A DNA stretch of 64,000 nucleotides from Candidatus Poseidoniaceae archaeon (GTDB taxonomy: Archaea > Thermoplasmatota > Poseidoniia > Poseidoniales > Poseidoniaceae), in assembly GCA_965662895.1 (NCBI GenBank), contig CBFIJH010000005.1, forward strand, positions 64,001-128,000. The letters run 5' to 3'. Of the stretch, positions 19,347 to 28,334 are shown in pieces. The first letter of the stretch is position 1. Each line of letters starts with the position of its first letter. Both the position numbers and the translations under genes were made by a program. Under the pieces are notes generated by a model. The model was not told the origin of the DNA, did no database searches, and saw nothing but the letters and a program-made list of their open reading frames with translations.

Positions 19347-19389
19347 CACCACTCCTTCGCGAACCACTGGCGGTGAGCCGGTCTGAGGA

Positions 19390-19438
19390 CACACATGCAA
19401 ACCAACAATCTTGTTGGTTATGAGTCAATTCATGTGTG
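19390..19438. repeat. Nested inverted repeats (hairpin)
   Basis: CACACATG (19390-19397) pairs with CATGTGTG (19431-19438) and encloses AACCAACAA-TC-TTGTTGGTT (19400-19419). Confidence 0.7.
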
Positions 19439-19569
19439 CTTAAACCTTTCCAAGTACTGGATTTCGTGCCGAATTCAGCCTGCTGGACACGACGTTAAAT
19501 CACTCGCTTTCAGTCCTATCAGCCGATTCATGGGATTGGTTATTTAATGATGGAGCCGGTGTTCTCACT

Positions 19570-20169
19570 ATGACAGAAAGTCCTGAAGGGGGTTCATTTT
19601 TCAAAAAGTGGGTCATGAGGCAATACTGGAGAATGCAACAATCTCAAGCTGTCGTCAGTTTGTTGTTGTGGGGGACAACCATCACCCTACTTGTTTGGCC
19701 TCTAATCAAATGGAGATTCACTGCAGAATGCGCTTCAGGTCTTTGTATTTCTGACGAGTTTTTTGGCATATCCAGTACGTATTTTGCACTTGCTGGCATC
19801 TTTTTCACAGTCATGTTCGGCGTTCTCACAATTGGATTTCTTTACGATCAAGTGTTCTCTCTTTGGACCGAGTATCGAAATGTCGATATGGAGCGCAACC
19901 CATTTGCAACCTATGCGCTTGCTCCAATTTGGGTCATGACGATTGCATTACAAGCCGAGGTTTTGAAGCGCACTTCACCCGATGATGAAGCAATGGTCAA
20001 ACAAGCTAATTGGTGCCTCAAATGGTGCGAGGCGTACACAGAAGGTGAGATGTTTGCTCGTGCTGTTCAACGCTGGGACGAAGATTTAGGAGAAACGCCA
20101 ACATTTTGGTTTACAAGCGATGAGGCGATGGAGCGAGCCCGGCAGACTTCCTTCGAAGATGAATCTTGA
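19570..20169 (+). CDS. Hypothetical archaeal membrane protein
   Basis: 199 aa, 2 TM segments, WRMQQSQ and ERNPFATYAL motifs; TTTAAT about 25 nt upstream. Confidence 0.75.
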   Translation: MTESPEGGSFFKKWVMRQYWRMQQSQAVVSLLLWGTTITLLVWPLIKWRFTAECASGLCISDEFFGISSTYFALAGIFFTVMFGVLTIGFLYDQVFSLWTEYRNVDMERNPFATYALAPIWVMTIALQAEVLKRTSPDDEAMVKQANWCLKWCEAYTEGEMFARAVQRWDEDLGETPTFWFTSDEAMERARQTSFEDES

Positions 20170-20288
20170 TTGAGTTCGCACAAGAAACATCCAACATCGG
20201 ACATGTTTGCTCCACAATTATCTTTGAATGAAAGTGGTTGTAGCTTACAATCAAATTGCTCTTTAACCGCTAGGTTGTGCCTCCAAAC

Positions 20289-21284
20289 ATGCCCAGCGTT
20301 CTTGTCACAGGCGGGTCGGGAATGCTTGGCCAACACCTCGTTCCGATGCTTATAGAGCATGGACATGATGTCCGTGCTCCAACCAGTCAAGAACTTGATC
20401 TTACGGATGCTGAAGCAACAATGGATTTTTTCAAAGACAAGCAAATCAGCATTGTAATCCATTGCGCAGCCTATGTTGCAGGTATTGCATCAAGTCAAAC
20501 CATCAAACATCATTCTCTGGATCAAAACATATCCATGGGTTTGAATCTCATACGTGCCTGTGTTCGAAATGGCATTTCAGATCTCATCAATGTCGGGAGT
20601 GCCACTGTCTACCCAAATGAAGCACCTCAACCTCTCTCCGAATCCTCAATTGGAAACGGCCCGCTCGAAGGCCCGATTGAAGGTTATGCCTTATCGAAAT
20701 ACGTCGTTTATCGAGCGTGTGCAATGGCCAATGAACAGCATGATGTTTCCTTCAAGACGATTCTACCTTGCAATCTGTTTGGTCCTTACGATAATTTTTC
20801 CTTGGAAACTGGGCACATGCTCCCAGCCATCTTGCATAGAATGCATCAGGCAAAACAGAGCAAGCAAGCATCTGTTACAATATGGGGTGATGGAACGGCC
20901 AAGCGAGAATTCCTTTACGCCCCAGATTTCGCGGATTTCCTTTGTTTTGCTCTTGACAACTTCGATGCACTACCAGATGTGATGAACGTAGGCTCGGGTC
21001 TTGAGATAAGTGTCAATGAAATGCATAAACACATGGCTGATGTCATTGAGTTCACGGGCGATTTTCTCCACGATTTCGACAAACCGGTTGGCCGTCTTCG
21101 CAGATGTTTGGACTTGAAGCATCAACGGGCCTTGGGATGGGCTCCAAAGACGCCGTTTAAACAAGCCTTGGAATCAACCTACAATTATCTCCTTGATCGC
21201 TTTCATGAAAGTCCTATCTGGAGAAAAGATGCTACATCCTATTCGCAAAGTTGTTGGAGCCGAAGTAATTCGTCAAATGATTGA
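20289..21284 (+). CDS. fcl: GDP-L-fucose synthase-like NAD(P)-dependent epimerase/reductase
   Basis: VTGGSGMLG, ELDLTD, HCAA.V.GI, YALSK, PCNL.GP.DNF, IWGDG...REF. The catalytic Cys position is divergent (see findings). Confidence 0.8.
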   Translation: MPSVLVTGGSGMLGQHLVPMLIEHGHDVRAPTSQELDLTDAEATMDFFKDKQISIVIHCAAYVAGIASSQTIKHHSLDQNISMGLNLIRACVRNGISDLINVGSATVYPNEAPQPLSESSIGNGPLEGPIEGYALSKYVVYRACAMANEQHDVSFKTILPCNLFGPYDNFSLETGHMLPAILHRMHQAKQSKQASVTIWGDGTAKREFLYAPDFADFLCFALDNFDALPDVMNVGSGLEISVNEMHKHMADVIEFTGDFLHDFDKPVGRLRRCLDLKHQRALGWAPKTPFKQALESTYNYLLDRFHESPIWRKDATSYSQSCWSRSNSSND

Positions 21285-21309
21285 TGAATGGGCGCATCGT
21301 GGTTTGTCC

Positions 21310-22278
21310 ATGGGCAAGGCATCCAGGCAAAGGATTGTTTTGTCGCTCTTGCTCGTATTTCTTCTCCTACCATTTTCTGTGACTGGGGAAGATGAATCCA
21401 CTTGGCAAAGCAATGGTATTGATCCTTCAAATTGGAGCGACGGCCCTCTCGTTGAAGACACGCCGATGCAATATTCCTATTTTGGAGACCCAGTGTTTGC
21501 CATCGATGTTACCTACATACCGGGCCACCTCCAAGACGAGGTATCCGGAACAATCATCATCGAACTGTTTCCACAATGGGCGCCAATAACGGTCGAGAAC
21601 ATGATTCAACACATCGAAGATGACCTTTACGATGGAATCTTTTTTCATCGAGTCATCAATGATTTCGTAACACAATCCGGCGATCCTGAATGCAAAACAA
21701 ATGGTGCCTACATTCCAGGCTTGCCTGCTCAATGCGGTAGTGGAGGAACTGGGGAAACCATTCCGCTTGAGCACAACGAAAATCTCAGCCATGTCGATGG
21801 CGCAATTGGGATGGCTCGTGGAAATGAGGAGGATTCGGCAGATTCGCAATGGTACATTGCTGAAACGGAAGCACACGGGCTTGATCCCGAAAACCGTGAC
21901 GATGGAGGCTATGCTACCTTTGGAATTGTCCGTGATGGAATGAGTCATGTGCGAGCGATAGCAGAAATTCCGACATCGGACGACCCATCTGGTACGGACT
22001 TGGACAATCCATTCTCTACAGCAGGAAGACCCCTCTACGAGACAAAAATCAATAGCATAGAAATGATTGGTATTGCCGACCCTGAAGGTCAACTTTCGGG
22101 GGAAATCTCGAGTGGAGAAGCCGATTCTGGCAACGGAACAACCATTCTCTTCGTCGTGCTGTTCGTCGTCCTTGCTCTCGGTATTGCTTACATTGTTGTC
22201 CAGAACAACGTGAAACAAGATGCTCCGGTTTACGATGCTGAATTGATTGACGAAAATGAAACGTCCAATACGACGTGA
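21310..22278 (+). CDS. Cyclophilin-type peptidyl-prolyl isomerase, secreted and C-terminally anchored
   Basis: Signal peptide; IELFP..AP.TV.N, YDG.FFHRVI.DFV.Q.GDP, G.IGMAR, SQWYI, Y..FG.V..GM; C-terminal TM. Confidence 0.9.
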   Translation: MGKASRQRIVLSLLLVFLLLPFSVTGEDESTWQSNGIDPSNWSDGPLVEDTPMQYSYFGDPVFAIDVTYIPGHLQDEVSGTIIIELFPQWAPITVENMIQHIEDDLYDGIFFHRVINDFVTQSGDPECKTNGAYIPGLPAQCGSGGTGETIPLEHNENLSHVDGAIGMARGNEEDSADSQWYIAETEAHGLDPENRDDGGYATFGIVRDGMSHVRAIAEIPTSDDPSGTDLDNPFSTAGRPLYETKINSIEMIGIADPEGQLSGEISSGEADSGNGTTILFVVLFVVLALGIAYIVVQNNVKQDAPVYDAELIDENETSNTT

Positions 22279-23336
22279 CGAATTCGAGGTGCGTACCACT
22301 TTACTTTCTCAATGTGGTAATCCATCACGTGCCAGTTTCTGCCAGCTTCTTTCGCATATTGCAGACATTGCTGCATCGTCGCTTCACACCATGCTTCGAT
22401 TCGCTCCTCCTCAACGTTCATGTGAATGTGAAGCGTACCACCTTCTGCTTTGAGTGCACAAACTGCAGGCTCCCAAGTTGCTTGCGAACTTGGCAAGTAA
22501 CCAAGAAGAACACGATCGGCTGAACCCTCCAATTGCCTAAGGGTAATTTGGTTGTCTTGTGGATAGATGGTAAGTTTTGATTCTACGTCATTCGCTTTTG
22601 CTGCCCATTTGAGGGCCTTGATGCTATGAGGGTTGATCTCACAAGCATGAATGTGCTTAACATTGGCATGAACGAGAAGCTGCATGGTGTAATATCCAAT
22701 TCCTGCATAGGCATCGATGATGACTTCTCCCTTTGCATCAATCGATGCCATGCGGTGACGTTCCGTCACATTGCCTGAGGAATACATCACCTTTGTAGCA
22801 TCGAAGCCATAGATTAGGCCGTTATCCTTGACTTCGACCCAAGCATCGTCGCCGTACAATAATTCGACTTGAGATGAACGCATTTGATCATCTGCAATAG
22901 GTTGTTGGCGACCGATTCTCCGGGCCTTAAGTGCATCAGCAATACGTTCAAAGAAATCCTTATTTCGGTGTATGATTCCATCCCAATTCTTTCCTTGAAA
23001 AGCATCTTTTGGGAACAAGATAAGGTCATCCAGCCGCTCCCATCTTCTGGGGATGGATTGCATCAATTCCTCGTTTGAATTCAGCATTGGAAGGATTGCA
23101 CTCAACAATCGGTTGTGTGGGTCGATTGGTGGTGGTGCTTCAACAACTTCAATTCGTTGAAATCGATGTTCAAAATCGAAGCGTGTCGATTCAACACCTT
23201 CTCGAATTGGCAACGCTAATTCTTTACCGACACGCTGAGGTGTATAGGTTCGGTCAAGAATTTCGAGGTCAATCAAGACCTGTCGAGCCACCTCTCCTTT
23301 GGCAAGCGGTACGAGAAGACACGGTTGCACTGGCAT
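22230..23336 (-). CDS. taw2: tRNA wyosine-derivative biosynthesis protein Taw2/TYW2 (Met10+/Trm5 superfamily)
   Basis: KVMYSSGNVTER, D.YAGIGYYT, ADRVLLG.LPSS, GG.LHIH.NV, VK.YAP...H.VLD. Confidence 0.75.
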   Translation of the reverse strand: MPVQPCLLVPLAKGEVARQVLIDLEILDRTYTPQRVGKELALPIREGVESTRFDFEHRFQRIEVVEAPPPIDPHNRLLSAILPMLNSNEELMQSIPRRWERLDDLILFPKDAFQGKNWDGIIHRNKDFFERIADALKARRIGRQQPIADDQMRSSQVELLYGDDAWVEVKDNGLIYGFDATKVMYSSGNVTERHRMASIDAKGEVIIDAYAGIGYYTMQLLVHANVKHIHACEINPHSIKALKWAAKANDVESKLTIYPQDNQITLRQLEGSADRVLLGYLPSSQATWEPAVCALKAEGGTLHIHMNVEEERIEAWCEATMQQCLQYAKEAGRNWHVMDYHIEKVKWYAPRIRHVVLDVSFSSINSAS

Positions 23337-23398
23337 GATGACGCCTACATGCCTCCCAAGGGGAAGTCCTTTGAAGGTCTTCGGTCTGTTGCAACATC

Positions 23399-26300
23399 AT
23401 GGAAGAACGGCCAGTATGGAAAGGGCGATTTTTGGCACTGTGTTTCACCGTGTTTTTTGCAACCCCCATACTTGCACCGTTTGCCTCTGCAGACGGTATG
23501 ACAACCTGTGATGGCGTACCCGGTTTCAGTGATTGCGATGATTATGATTCAAACGATGATGGAACACCCTTTCAACAAGATTGGATTCGTGGAACGTACG
23601 ATTTCGATTTGCAAGATACTTCAACAATCCAAATGACATTGAGTTGGGCGGTGCGTGAATTCGATCGCAGCAAAGTCGGTCTCGATGATTCGACGACGAG
23701 TACTGCTCTCGCAAATGATGGATTGGATGAGGATGATGGGATTCCAGCTGATATGATTCGAACCTACTTCGCCTACGAACCCAGCCCAGGAGCTGGTACC
23801 GTTGGTGACCAAATGTTGGACGACGTTCAAGATACAATCAGCGAACTCCTCTCGAGTGGATTCGGAACCGTTACAGCAATCAACACACAATACGATGGAA
23901 TTTATTCCGAGGGAGGAAACACCGAGATTTGTACGACCGATGCAAACGAAGACTCGGTCTACGATTCTGGCTCGGGCGTTACGGAGAACAACGTCTTCGA
24001 CCCGCCCATTTGCTTCTCGACCATTGCCGAGATTCAGTTATCAACAAGCACATTCAATTTACTTGAAAATACGGACCTTGAACTTGAACGTGCGTATCAA
24101 GGCCTGCTTATTATGGGTTCAGAATTGACAACGCAATTCAACGTCTTTGCAGAACCCGGTCACGTCTCAACCTTCTCGATTCATCCTCCGAATTATGCCA
24201 CGGTCGTCGGTGTCGATGGAAACGGTTCCATCGTTCCTAATCCTTGTACAGTGGCGACCTGCGCAGGTCAGTGGACAGTGGAAAATCTGAACGCAGGTAC
24301 AGATGCGTCTCGTGCCGAACAAACGGTCAGTTTGACCATGGGATATCGAAACACCTCGACAACGTCCATTGTCGAACTCGATCCGAACAAAGAGGCCGTA
24401 TCGCTCCATCTCAAGGTGGATTTATTTGACGAACAAGAGGTTCAAATCGACTTCGTTGCAGGTATCAACTATCTTGATACGACAACAATGGACAATTGGG
24501 GCATTTCTCTCGTAGAATTATCCGAATTAGCAACCATTCCTCAAATTACCTCCGATGGAATTCGTTTAGCGTATGAAAACGGAATCGCTCCTCTCGACGA
24601 TTTCACCGATCAATTCCCAGTTGCATCGATTGGCGATGCGTTTTCAGCATCTATCCCAGGATCGCCTGACATTCAGATGGGACAATTATCATGGGTAAGT
24701 GATTCAGTCGCTGAGGGAATTGATGGGCCGGCTGGAGGATTGAATTACAGTCATTCCGTTGGCTGTTCTGAAACTGTGACACCACCGAACACAATCTCCT
24801 ACTGTATCGAAGGACCCAGTGCTATGGGTTACGACCATCCAATCTATCTCCGTTCAACGAGCAACACGTTTGATCTTGGGTTGCTGGACCTCATTCAAGA
24901 GAATATACCGGATTCTGAATTCGAACTGGATGGTAAAACATACAACACGAAGGATTATTTTGAACTTATTACGAACGAAGACCTTCGAAGGCTGATGGAT
25001 GCTGGTTTGTCGATTGAAACGGTCCTTGATACAGATTTCCTCGAAACCATGATTCCGTCTGATCTTCCACCGTCAAAAATTACACTTGAACTGATTCTAC
25101 CGAGTTGGATTGTAACCGCCGATGGTTCTGACCGCATCATCCTTGAACACTCAGCATCAGGTGAAACCAGGAATGAAATCTCAATTGCAGGACCTTCTCC
25201 TTACACCTATAATCATCCAATCCTCAATGAAGACGGTGAAACCATTTGTTTGCAAACGCAGAAGACCTGTGTTTCAACATCCCTATCCATTGATTTCGAG
25301 ACCTTCGACATCAACGAATGGACGAAATCTGTTTCCATTGAGTTTGGCCTTGAAGCCACTGCAGTTGTTCACCGAATCGCTGTTCCACAGGGGTATTACG
25401 ACGTGAATGACACAACTGTCCGCATGGAGGTCATTCCAAGCGATTTAATCCGGTTGATTGGGGATATTATGAGTCGTGATGAGGAAAAAGCAATCTCCAT
25501 CGAACGATGCCTTGAGTCAAACATAAAAAATTCCAATGCCTGTCCTGAGGAAAGTAGGCTTCAATTCAATCTTACATCCGATGGTTTGATGCAATTTGGA
25601 ACCGATGCTGGAGAACTTCTCACACACCAGATTCACACGCAGGTTGAAAAACTAGAAACGAGTGACGAAGGGCCTGAATTCTCGGAGGTTGACATCAGTG
25701 ATTTTGTCATTGAAACGAGCCTTGCAGGACTTGGAAGTCCAGGACAAACCGTTTCTGATGAAGTGGGCCTAAGCGTGAGTCTCAAGATTCCAAAAGTTCG
25801 ATTTACACTGGCTGTATCGAGCCCATGGGGCGATTTACTGAGTGGCGATCCTGACGCAATAACGCTCTCACTTCTTACCGAGGACATCAGTGGTGCTTTC
25901 CGTTCACCACTGCTTCAACCCATGGTCATGATGGTCGATGAAATGTCGTCGATGATGACAGCAAGCCTTGTTTCATCAGAGGGAATTACATTCCCGCCGC
26001 TCGAGCAGGAAGCATTGATTGTTGAAACAGGTTCTTGGGATACGACAATTCACGAAGATACGGAATTTGATTTGACTGGACCGGTCAGTTTCACGTTACC
26101 AAAAGGCATCATCGTCAAAGAGGGAACATCTACGCAAGGAAACATGATCATCACCGAAGATGATGAAGGGCGTCAAGTCATTACGTACACAATTCCGCCG
26201 GACGGTCTCGATGATGAAGTAACACTTCGGCTTCAAGTAACGTGGATGTATCTGCTTGGTCAATTTTGGGCTTATCCGGCTGTTGTTGTTATTCTGCTCA

Positions 26301-26506
26301 TCCTTCTGATACGGCGTCGCCGCAAGAAGAAAAAGAAAAAGCGAGCTGCTAGAGAAGCAAAGAATTCACTGTACAAGGCCCAGAAGATGGGCTTATCGGA
26401 GTCCGACTTCGCTCAAATGGCTGGATCGGTTGACCGTCAAGTCGGAGGATACGATGAGGGAATCAATCCATTTGAAGCGATGCAACGTGAACCGCCTCAA
26501 CCTTAG
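23399..26506 (+). CDS. Large acidic surface protein with C-terminal TM and poly-basic stop-transfer
   Basis: 1035 aa; signal peptide; paired cysteines; TM followed by RRRRKKKKKKR. No family recognised. Confidence 0.8.
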   Translation: MEERPVWKGRFLALCFTVFFATPILAPFASADGMTTCDGVPGFSDCDDYDSNDDGTPFQQDWIRGTYDFDLQDTSTIQMTLSWAVREFDRSKVGLDDSTTSTALANDGLDEDDGIPADMIRTYFAYEPSPGAGTVGDQMLDDVQDTISELLSSGFGTVTAINTQYDGIYSEGGNTEICTTDANEDSVYDSGSGVTENNVFDPPICFSTIAEIQLSTSTFNLLENTDLELERAYQGLLIMGSELTTQFNVFAEPGHVSTFSIHPPNYATVVGVDGNGSIVPNPCTVATCAGQWTVENLNAGTDASRAEQTVSLTMGYRNTSTTSIVELDPNKEAVSLHLKVDLFDEQEVQIDFVAGINYLDTTTMDNWGISLVELSELATIPQITSDGIRLAYENGIAPLDDFTDQFPVASIGDAFSASIPGSPDIQMGQLSWVSDSVAEGIDGPAGGLNYSHSVGCSETVTPPNTISYCIEGPSAMGYDHPIYLRSTSNTFDLGLLDLIQENIPDSEFELDGKTYNTKDYFELITNEDLRRLMDAGLSIETVLDTDFLETMIPSDLPPSKITLELILPSWIVTADGSDRIILEHSASGETRNEISIAGPSPYTYNHPILNEDGETICLQTQKTCVSTSLSIDFETFDINEWTKSVSIEFGLEATAVVHRIAVPQGYYDVNDTTVRMEVIPSDLIRLIGDIMSRDEEKAISIERCLESNIKNSNACPEESRLQFNLTSDGLMQFGTDAGELLTHQIHTQVEKLETSDEGPEFSEVDISDFVIETSLAGLGSPGQTVSDEVGLSVSLKIPKVRFTLAVSSPWGDLLSGDPDAITLSLLTEDISGAFRSPLLQPMVMMVDEMSSMMTASLVSSEGITFPPLEQEALIVETGSWDTTIHEDTEFDLTGPVSFTLPKGIIVKEGTSTQGNMIITEDDEGRQVITYTIPPDGLDDEVTLRLQVTWMYLLGQFWAYPAVVVILLILLIRRRRKKKKKKRAAREAKNSLYKAQKMGLSESDFAQMAGSVDRQVGGYDEGINPFEAMQREPPQP

Positions 26507-28230
26507 CGATGCAACGATTCGTGAATTCGCTCTGCGAGGGAAGGACCAATTCCAGGTACCGTTTTCAAATCCTCAATGCTGGCATTGTTGATTCCTTGGC
26601 GACCACCGAAATGGCGCAGGAGCGACTGCAGCTTCTTCGCACCCAAACCGAGAACGTTTTCGAGAGGGTCACCTAGTCGACTCTTTTTTCGACGTTTTCG
26701 ATGGAAGGTGTTGACAAACCTGTGTGCTTCATCGCGAGCATGAACAAAGACTCGTCCACGACGGTCAAGGATAATCGGGTCTTTTTCTTCCTGATGCAGG
26801 GTTTCTTCTCGTTTTGCTAAAGCAGCCAACATAAATCGGTCTTGAACACCGTGCTCGTCCAACATCGAACGTATTGTACTCAAATGCGTTTCACCACCAT
26901 CGAGCAAGAGTAAATCCGGCCATTCCTCTTGTCGTTTGAGCCACCGTTCTACGACTTCTCGCATCATTCGCAAATCATCCATCGCATCCCCCTTGACGAT
27001 GTAGGTCCGATACTCCTTCTTTGCTGGACGGCCGTTGCGGAGAACAACGCTTGCTCCAACTCGCTCATCACCTTGCAATTGTGCCATATCGAAGCAAACG
27101 ACGTGATTCATTTGCTCAACATTGAGCAACATTGCAGCATCATCAGCAGCACGTTGTTCGAGCGATCCGCTTGATTTGTTGGCGAGTCGAGTTACCTGAA
27201 TCTTTGCGTTCTGGTCGGCAAGAGTTCGGAGCGTGACCATCTCTCCACGCATAGGTGTTCGAACTTCGACGGTTGAACCTCTTCGTTCATCCAACCACTG
27301 CTGTATTCCATCGAGAAGTGGTGTCGGTGTCAACAACAAACGTGGAGGCCTTCGGTGGATGTAGTGCTCGCTAATGAATCGGCTTACGGTTTCACCAATG
27401 TCACCACGGTGAACAAATGGCCACACTTCCTGACCTTTGACGACACCTTCATCTGCGTGCAAGACGACAAGTGCAGCCAGATCTCCCTGTTCTGCAAATC
27501 CGATGGCATCACAATCACGATACAACTTGCTTGAAACGACGTGCTGGCCTATTGTCGTTCGAATCGATCGTATGAGATCACGGAAATATGCTGCCCGTTC
27601 GAACTGCATGTTCTGGGCGCAAGCATCCATTTTTTCACCAAGTTCTTCCAAGAATTCCGTCGCCTCACCATCAAGTATTTTTTTGACGGCTCGGACTTGT
27701 TCAGCATAACCTTCACCATTGATGCATGGTCCTGTGCATAGGCCAATATGCATGGCCAAACAACCCTGTGGAAGCAGTTCCTTGCAATCCCGTATTCCGA
27801 AATGTCGACGCAACAATTGCATGACTTGTTTTGCAGCACCTGCGTTGGGGAATGGTCCCCATCGGTGTGCTTTTTTTGGCGGATGACGTGTGTACATAAT
27901 CCGGGGAAATTCTTCGTTGGTTAGGACAAGGTAGGGATAGGATTTGTCGTCCTTGAGCATTGAGTTGAACCGCGGTTTGTGTTCTCGGATGAGTTGACGT
28001 TCGAGAATGAGTGCTTCTTGCGGTGTTGTTGTAACAATGCACTCAACATCATCGGCCCGAGCAACGAGTTCTGGTATCATTTGACGGTCGGGATTTGTTG
28101 CAAAATACGACCGGATTCGTTCATTGAGCCTCGTTGCTTTACCAATGTAGAGGACACGCCCTTCCTCTGTTTTGAAAAGATACACGCCTGGAGAAGCAGG
28201 CAAATCGATGGATGAAGCATCAACCGCCAT
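26503..28230 (-). CDS. uvrC: Excinuclease ABC subunit C
   Basis: GIY-YIG (PGVY..YIGKA..L..RI.SYF), P.FN..LKDDKSYPY, UVR coil (FERAAYFRD), DGG, RDEAHRF, HhH. Start trimmed to MAVDASSIDLP. Confidence 0.95.
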   Translation of the reverse strand: MAVDASSIDLPASPGVYLFKTEEGRVLYIGKATRLNERIRSYFATNPDRQMIPELVARADDVECIVTTTPQEALILERQLIREHKPRFNSMLKDDKSYPYLVLTNEEFPRIMYTRHPPKKAHRWGPFPNAGAAKQVMQLLRRHFGIRDCKELLPQGCLAMHIGLCTGPCINGEGYAEQVRAVKKILDGEATEFLEELGEKMDACAQNMQFERAAYFRDLIRSIRTTIGQHVVSSKLYRDCDAIGFAEQGDLAALVVLHADEGVVKGQEVWPFVHRGDIGETVSRFISEHYIHRRPPRLLLTPTPLLDGIQQWLDERRGSTVEVRTPMRGEMVTLRTLADQNAKIQVTRLANKSSGSLEQRAADDAAMLLNVEQMNHVVCFDMAQLQGDERVGASVVLRNGRPAKKEYRTYIVKGDAMDDLRMMREVVERWLKRQEEWPDLLLLDGGETHLSTIRSMLDEHGVQDRFMLAALAKREETLHQEEKDPIILDRRGRVFVHARDEAHRFVNTFHRKRRKKSRLGDPLENVLGLGAKKLQSLLRHFGGRQGINNASIEDLKTVPGIGPSLAERIHESLHR

Positions 28231-28271
28231 ATCGAATCCTTGCATCCATAGGTCAAAAAAACCTGCATGAA

Positions 28272-28312
28272 TTCTGTCAATCAACAGAAGGACAACATCA
28301 AATGCGATGTTG
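28272..28312. promoter_or_regulatory. Two adjacent inverted repeats in the uvrC / STAND divergent promoter
   Basis: TTCTGT-N6-ACAGAA (28272-28289) and CAACATC-N6-GATGTTG (28293-28312). Confidence 0.4.
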
Positions 28313-28334
28313 CCAAGGTAGGGTATGAGTTCCG

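Noticed and set aside
21427-22299. 290-aa minus-strand ORF
   Set aside because: Antisense shadow of the cyclophilin.
5175-23396. Short palindromes ACATAT-C-ATATGT (5175-5187), TCAAGG-N4-CCTTGA (13246-13261), TGTTGCAACA (23387-23396) and the TTACAATC repeat (8373, 8437)
   Set aside because: Arms of 5-6 bp or a single 8-mer pair are expected by chance; no shared consensus.
28272-28289. SOS box upstream of uvrC
   Set aside because: The spacing is CTGT-N6-ACAG rather than N8, and LexA is not expected in this lineage.
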